In this document: positions 59,331 to 64,000 of the stretch, piece after piece
Layout of the letters: every line of letters starts with the position of its first letter
Position numbering within the stretch: the stretch's first letter is position 1
Assembly: GCA_038824665.1 (NCBI GenBank)
Contig: JAWBBK010000002.1
Location: 50,365 to 114,364, forward strand
Length of the DNA stretch: 64,000 bases
DNA from: Acidilobaceae archaeon
GTDB taxonomy: Archaea > Thermoproteota > Thermoprotei_A > Sulfolobales > Acidilobaceae
Direction: 5' to 3'
Position numbers and translations under genes: made by a program
Notes under the pieces: generated by a model
What the model saw: only the letters and a program-made list of their open reading frames with translations
Databases searched by the model: none
Told to the model about the DNA's origin: nothing

Positions 59331-61499
59331 ATGCAGTTGTCTGAAAAAAATTCTAAGACAGCTCAGATCTCGCAAGGAGGATCTTCAGCAACTAACAGAG
59401 CCTCAACAAGGTCTAGGTCGGAAACGAGCATCTCCCAAGTCCTATCGGTTAGCACTGTCTCTTGGGTTGGAGCTCTCACGGAATGGTTGGACTTTTACGC
59501 CTATGCAGTACTAGCGGGACCTATCATAGGACCTAAGTTCTTCCCTAAGGTAGACCCTATAGCTCAGTTGCTAGGAGCCTATGGAGCTCTTGCGATCGGG
59601 TTTCTCAGCAGACCTCTTGGAGCTCTCCTCTTCGGAAAGATAGGAGACCAATACGGAAGGAGAGCGGCTTTCGTCTTAGCTCTCATGACTTTGTTCTTAT
59701 CAACAGTAGCTATGGGGCTATTACCTACATATGAAACTATAGGAGTTTTAGCGCCTATTCTCTTAATCGCTCTCAGATTCTTACAAGGACTCGGACTCGG
59801 CGGTGGCTTCGGGTCAGCTCTTGTATATTTAGGCGAATTCGTGCCTGAACACAGGAGAGGCTTCTTTACAGGCTTTCTCTTTACGACAGCTCCTGCAGGC
59901 ATGGGTTTAGCGATGGGCTTATACACCTTTGCTAAGTGGCTAGCTGGAGATGCTTTTGCGGAGTGGGGTTGGAGACTGGTCTTCTTCTTAGCTGCTTTCA
60001 CAGACGTCATAATAGCTGCGATAGTACTTACAGTCTATAAAGAGACTCCTATCTTTGCAGCTCTAAAAGCAGTCAGAAGAGTGACATCTGCTCCTATAAG
60101 AGAGGTATTCTCACGACAATACTTACCTTTAATAGTGCTAGCGTGGATTGGCGTTGTGGGAGCTCATGGTCCTATCTGGTACACCAACATGCTATTCGCT
60201 AGAGACTATGTACTCATATTGTCTAGAGAGCTAGAAGTTAAGCTTGCGTTCGATGTATCTCTATATCTGATGGTAGCTACAATTCTGTGTCTCTGGATGT
60301 ATCCACTCTTCGGGTATATATCGGACAAGGTCGGGAGAAAGCCGATTTTGCTTCTCGGAATATACGTTAATGCTCTCTGGTTCATTATCGCTCTCAAGCT
60401 TCTTGAGAGAAGCGTTATTGAAAGCAACTCCACTCTAGCGTTTTTGACTATGTACTCTTTAGCGCTGATGAACGGTATAGGCTATAGCGGGGCTATGTCT
60501 GCTTGGCTTTTAGAGATATTTCCGGCTAGAATTAGGATAAGCAGTGTTGCACTGTCTTACAATCTAGGCTATGGGGTAACTGGAGGACTCACTCCTCTCA
60601 TCATAACTTCAATTTACCGTTACATCGGCGACCTTTATATCGCAACTCTGATATACGCTAGCTTGGTTCCATCTCTTATGGCTCTGCTGTTCCTCTTCAA
60701 AGGTCCAGAGACCCTAGGAGTTAGGATCTGGGCTGAACTTTCCAGCGAGAAGTTCGCTAAGAAGCCTCTCATAGTACCTTCCGATATGCCGATAAGAGCT
60801 GTCGCTAAGCTCATGGCTGACAGCAAGAGCAGAGTGGCAGTACTGGTCTCTAGCAAGATGGCAGGAATAGTTTATACAAGGTCTATAGTTAGAGCGTTAG
60901 CGAAAGGAGTAAAGCCTGAAGAGCCTATTTTGAACGCATCTACCAGAGTCGAATGTCTTGACAGAGACGCCAGAGTCGTCGATGCGTTTGTGATCATGCA
61001 AGATTACGGAGTCCCAGCGGTTCCGGTTTGTGATAAGGATGGAAGCGTTGTAGGCGTTATTGAAGAAAGGGAGTTGTTAAACGAAGCTCTGATGCTAAAA
61101 AGCGCGTTGAACAAGAAGATATCGCTCAATATTAAGGCTATAGATGCAGCTCCTAGAGAACCGATATATCTGAATTCAGGTGCAAAGCTGAAAGACTTGG
61201 TCAACATCATAGCTAGAGAGAACGTAGGTTTAGTGCCTATAGTAGACGAGGAGAAGAGAGTACTCGGTGTTATTTCTGAAAGCGACGTAGTTAGACTCCT
61301 CGCTACTAATTTGGACCTCGAGACTCCTGTCGATTCCGTAATGAGGAGAGATGTGATAGGGGTCTCAAGAACAGCGACTGTAAGAGACGCAGCAGAGCAG
61401 ATGCTTAAACACAATATAAGACATGTAGTAATACTAGGAGAAGACAAGAAGCTACTTGGCGTGCTTTCTGTCAAAGACGTTCTGAGAGCGGTAGCTTAA
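59331..61499 (+). CDS. MFS (MHS/ProP-like) transporter fused to four C-terminal CBS domains
   Basis: EWLDFYAY, RPLGALLFGKIGDQYGRR, WGWR, SDKVGRK; C-terminal CBS patterns VPVCD..G.VVGVI, VPIVDE..VLGVISESD, LGVLSVKD. Confidence 0.88.
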   Translation: MQLSEKNSKTAQISQGGSSATNRASTRSRSETSISQVLSVSTVSWVGALTEWLDFYAYAVLAGPIIGPKFFPKVDPIAQLLGAYGALAIGFLSRPLGALLFGKIGDQYGRRAAFVLALMTLFLSTVAMGLLPTYETIGVLAPILLIALRFLQGLGLGGGFGSALVYLGEFVPEHRRGFFTGFLFTTAPAGMGLAMGLYTFAKWLAGDAFAEWGWRLVFFLAAFTDVIIAAIVLTVYKETPIFAALKAVRRVTSAPIREVFSRQYLPLIVLAWIGVVGAHGPIWYTNMLFARDYVLILSRELEVKLAFDVSLYLMVATILCLWMYPLFGYISDKVGRKPILLLGIYVNALWFIIALKLLERSVIESNSTLAFLTMYSLALMNGIGYSGAMSAWLLEIFPARIRISSVALSYNLGYGVTGGLTPLIITSIYRYIGDLYIATLIYASLVPSLMALLFLFKGPETLGVRIWAELSSEKFAKKPLIVPSDMPIRAVAKLMADSKSRVAVLVSSKMAGIVYTRSIVRALAKGVKPEEPILNASTRVECLDRDARVVDAFVIMQDYGVPAVPVCDKDGSVVGVIEERELLNEALMLKSALNKKISLNIKAIDAAPREPIYLNSGAKLKDLVNIIARENVGLVPIVDEEKRVLGVISESDVVRLLATNLDLETPVDSVMRRDVIGVSRTATVRDAAEQMLKHNIRHVVILGEDKKLLGVLSVKDVLRAVA

Positions 61500-61547
61500 G
61501 ATATCACTTATCTGAATCTTTATTGCATAGCTATTTTTATGCTCAGT

Positions 61548-62450
61548 CTATGTTTTATGAGCTGCTCCTACGAGGTCCTCTATTCTTTTAAATCCTAGTT
61601 CTGACGTCCATTTCCTTAACCCTTCTAAGATCTCGAAAACCGTTGTAGGCCTCAAGACTAGAGCTGTTCCTACTTGAACGGCTCGAGCTCCGACAATTAT
61701 GAACTCTGCTGCATCGATCCAGTTCGAGACTCCTCCTGAGCCTATTATGTCAACTCCGTACTCTTTATAGACGTCGTAGACCACTCTTACAGCTATAGGG
61801 TGAATAGGAGGACCTGAGAGCCCCCCATAAATGTTAGATAAGACAGGTTTGAGCGCGTAGACGTCTACGACCATAGCTTTTATAGTGTTGATCAAGACTA
61901 GACCGCGAGCTCCAGCGTCAATGGCTTTACCTGCAGCTTCAACTACTCTATCGGTGAGTCCGAGTTTAGCCAAGACAGGGATCTTCAGCGTCGATACCAC
62001 GTCTTTTACAACCTCGTATACGGTGTTGGGATCCGCTCCGATCTCTATACCGTAACCTTTAGTGTGAGGACAGCTAAGGTTGAGTTCTACGGCAGCAGCT
62101 CCCCGTTTCTCAGCTTCCTCGGCTACTGTCACGAAGTCCTCTATCTTCTTTCCTCCTGCGCTTACAATTAAAGGGACCTCTAGACTTCTGGCTTTCTCTG
62201 CTAGACTTCTCAAAGCCTGTGTTCCAGGATTAGCTAAGCCGATAGCGTTAAGCAGACCCCCGTTTCTGAGTTCTACGACTATTGGAGGAGGGTTTCCTTC
62301 TCGAGGCTCAGGAGTTATGGTTTTAGTGACTACAGCAGATACTCCGTAGCTAACTAAGAGTTCTATATGCTCTGGCTCTGAGCCTAAGATGCCGCTAGCG
62401 TTCATCACAGGATGTTTAAGAGCGAGTCCAGCTACTTTGACTTCAAGCAT
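61548..62450 (-). CDS. pyrD: Dihydroorotate dehydrogenase, catalytic subunit (class 1B/1S)
   Basis: MNASG, LNAIGLAN, ELNLSCPH, INT, GGLSG, GSGGV, QVGTA. Confidence 0.95.
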   Translation of the reverse strand: MLEVKVAGLALKHPVMNASGILGSEPEHIELLVSYGVSAVVTKTITPEPREGNPPPIVVELRNGGLLNAIGLANPGTQALRSLAEKARSLEVPLIVSAGGKKIEDFVTVAEEAEKRGAAAVELNLSCPHTKGYGIEIGADPNTVYEVVKDVVSTLKIPVLAKLGLTDRVVEAAGKAIDAGARGLVLINTIKAMVVDVYALKPVLSNIYGGLSGPPIHPIAVRVVYDVYKEYGVDIIGSGGVSNWIDAAEFIIVGARAVQVGTALVLRPTTVFEILEGLRKWTSELGFKRIEDLVGAAHKT

Positions 62451-63198
62451 GAGCTCTCACCAAGAAATCTCTGACCTCACTACAAGGAGCTATGGCTCCA
62501 TGAACGCAAAGCAAAAGAGGACGTGGTCTTAGAGTACACGATCCACAGACCCCTATACCGCATTTAGTCATTGCCTCAAGAGATACTAAGACGTTAGGAC
62601 TTAAAGTTTCACAGACCTTGGCTAGCATAGAGTTCGGACCTACAGCTATCACTTTCTCCCAGCTTCTTTCTTTGTATAACTTTATGGCTAGGTCTACAGC
62701 AGTACCACAAAAGCCTTCGCTACAGTCTTCAGTAGCTATTTTGACATCTTTTACTGAAGAAAAGGGTGCAAGACTTGAAATATCGAAAAGCTCAGAACCC
62801 TTTCTAACTCCCCAAACCAGGCTTACGCTTGCTCCCACTTTCTCAGCAACTCTAGCTAGATATGGGAAAGGCGCTATGCCTATGCCTCCAGCTATGAAGA
62901 GAACTCTTTCACCTGGTTTCAGAGAAAGCCCTTTTCCATAAAATCCTCTTACTCCAATAAACTTAGGGCCTTTACTCAAAGCCTTAGTTCCTTCTCCTCT
63001 TACTCTGAAGATTATAGACAACCTCTTTAATTCGTAGTCCGCTACAGACATAGGCATCTCATCAGTTTGTGGGACCCACAACATGATGAACTGCATAGGC
63101 TCTGGCTCGCGCTCTACGTCTCCTAAAAGCTCAGCTTTAAGCATATAGTAGCCTGACGAGAGCTCTCTCAGCTCAATCACTTTAGCGCTCCAGTACAC
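62443..63198 (-). CDS. pyrK: Dihydroorotate dehydrogenase electron transfer subunit
   Basis: GGIGIAP, TEDCSEGF, SLEAMTKCGIGVCGSC...C [2Fe-2S] motif; coupled to pyrD. Confidence 0.92.
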   Translation of the reverse strand: MYWSAKVIELRELSSGYYMLKAELLGDVEREPEPMQFIMLWVPQTDEMPMSVADYELKRLSIIFRVRGEGTKALSKGPKFIGVRGFYGKGLSLKPGERVLFIAGGIGIAPFPYLARVAEKVGASVSLVWGVRKGSELFDISSLAPFSSVKDVKIATEDCSEGFCGTAVDLAIKLYKERSWEKVIAVGPNSMLAKVCETLSPNVLVSLEAMTKCGIGVCGSCTLRPRPLLLCVHGAIAPCSEVRDFLVRAHA

Positions 63199-63286
63199 TG
63201 ACCGTCCCCGCTTAGTCTCTTGTTGTAAGACTTCCAGTATAAGAATCTCTAAGCTTAATCGGTGAAGTATTCTAGGCTTCGTTTTT

Positions 63287-63820
63287 TTGTTGTCTTATCT
63301 GGGAGTCAAGATGGTTTCTCAAGAAGAAGTCTTGAAATGGCTAGCTTCTGACGGCTTTTCGGTGAGAATCGAGAACGTTCCCTCGCTTGCGCTAGTAGAC
63401 TGGGTGCTCTTAGTAGAGGTGCCTAGCGTACCGAGAATCAATGTAGCTGTTCAGAAGCCTAAGACAAGAGATGACATGATGGTTGTTGGGATCGGAGTTG
63501 CCTTAGGACCTGACCATAAAGAGGCGTTCGATAAACTCCCTAGAACTGAAAGAGTGGCCATAGCGTCTCAAATTTTACATGATTTGCTCATGTTCTGTAG
63601 AGACTGTAGCGTGATTTTGCAACCTTCGTTAGACGAACTACAGTTCATAAACGTATCTAAAATTCTTTATACAAAAAACGTTTCGAGAGAACTCGTCTCA
63701 ACAGCTGTAAGAGAGATGGCAAACGCCTTTGCTCTCATAGTCTCTATCCTCAACAGAGAACTCTCAGTTAGAGGGATAGAGTTGAAATCAAAGAAGAGAG
63801 AAGATACCATGGTGATGTAA
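63287..63820 (+). CDS. Hypothetical protein, DUF2299-like (start probably ATG 63311)
   Basis: KWL..DGF.V N-terminus and L.PDH..AF.KL...ER pattern. Confidence 0.6.
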   Translation: MLSYLGVKMVSQEEVLKWLASDGFSVRIENVPSLALVDWVLLVEVPSVPRINVAVQKPKTRDDMMVVGIGVALGPDHKEAFDKLPRTERVAIASQILHDLLMFCRDCSVILQPSLDELQFINVSKILYTKNVSRELVSTAVREMANAFALIVSILNRELSVRGIELKSKKREDTMVM

Positions 63821-63821
63821 C

Positions 63822-64000
63822 TTGGAACTCAAGGTGAAAACTCCTCTAGTGCTAGCTGAGGGAACATGTTTTATCGTCTCTGCGTATCTTGATGTAGAGA
63901 GGATCTTTCCTATACCTTCTCAAGCCCTGAAGGCAGCTATACTTGCTTTTGCATTAGGAGACTTCAGTCACATAAAGAGTTTATCTCGGCTAGACGTCGC
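63822..64000 (+). CDS. Partial hypothetical protein running off the window end
   Basis: TTG 1 nt after the previous stop; open frame MELKVKTPLVLAEGTCFIVSAYLDVERIF... to the edge; not in the ORF track. Confidence 0.55.
   Translation, partial: MELKVKTPLVLAEGTCFIVSAYLDVERIFPIPSQALKAAILAFALGDFSHIKSLSRLDV

Noticed and set aside
479-62941. Numerous short antisense or alternative-frame ORFs in the track (e.g. 705-968, 7017-7430, 24940-25419, 29079-29375, 59579-60010, 61004-61474)
   Set aside because: They overlap well-supported genes and are Ser/Leu/Ile-rich shadows with no motifs
1-64000. CRISPR arrays, IS elements, integrases, proviruses and att duplications at the three tRNAs
   Set aside because: No spaced direct repeats, transposase or integrase motifs, or duplicated tRNA 3' ends were seen

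Overview
A gene-dense core-genome segment of a thermophilic crenarchaeon (Thermoproteota, probably Desulfurococcales/Acidilobales-like). The assignment rests on TBP, RpoD/N/P, L7Ae, aEF-2 with the diphthamide motif, Brix, pelota, DUF1512 and many TTG/GTG starts. The window holds four aminoacyl-tRNA synthetases (Val, Gly, Met, His), three intron-less CCA-encoding tRNAs (Glu-CTC, Gly-GCC, Lys-TTT) and two ribosomal protein clusters. It also carries porCDAB, nadA-nadC-nadX, ppsA, pyrK-pyrD, srp54 and tRNA-modification genes (trmI, tmcA, trmY-like). I saw no mobile element, CRISPR array, intein or defence island. The most interesting signals lie outside the ORF track: (1) a promoter-associated ~95-nt G.U-rich hairpin RNA between SUI1 and hemL; (2) two box C/D sRNA candidates, one with guides matching the tRNA-Gly in this window; (3) a trmY-like gene split by a +1 frameshift at UUU_UUU_CGC; (4) a DUF89 phosphatase-serA-class V aminotransferase operon that may be a SerB-less phosphoserine pathway, with an anomalous DUF89 start; (5) a K-turn-like element over the L7Ae start; (6) an MFS-4xCBS fusion, an orphan NurA and a stand-alone GGDEF-like protein. 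All family calls come from motif recognition, not database searches.
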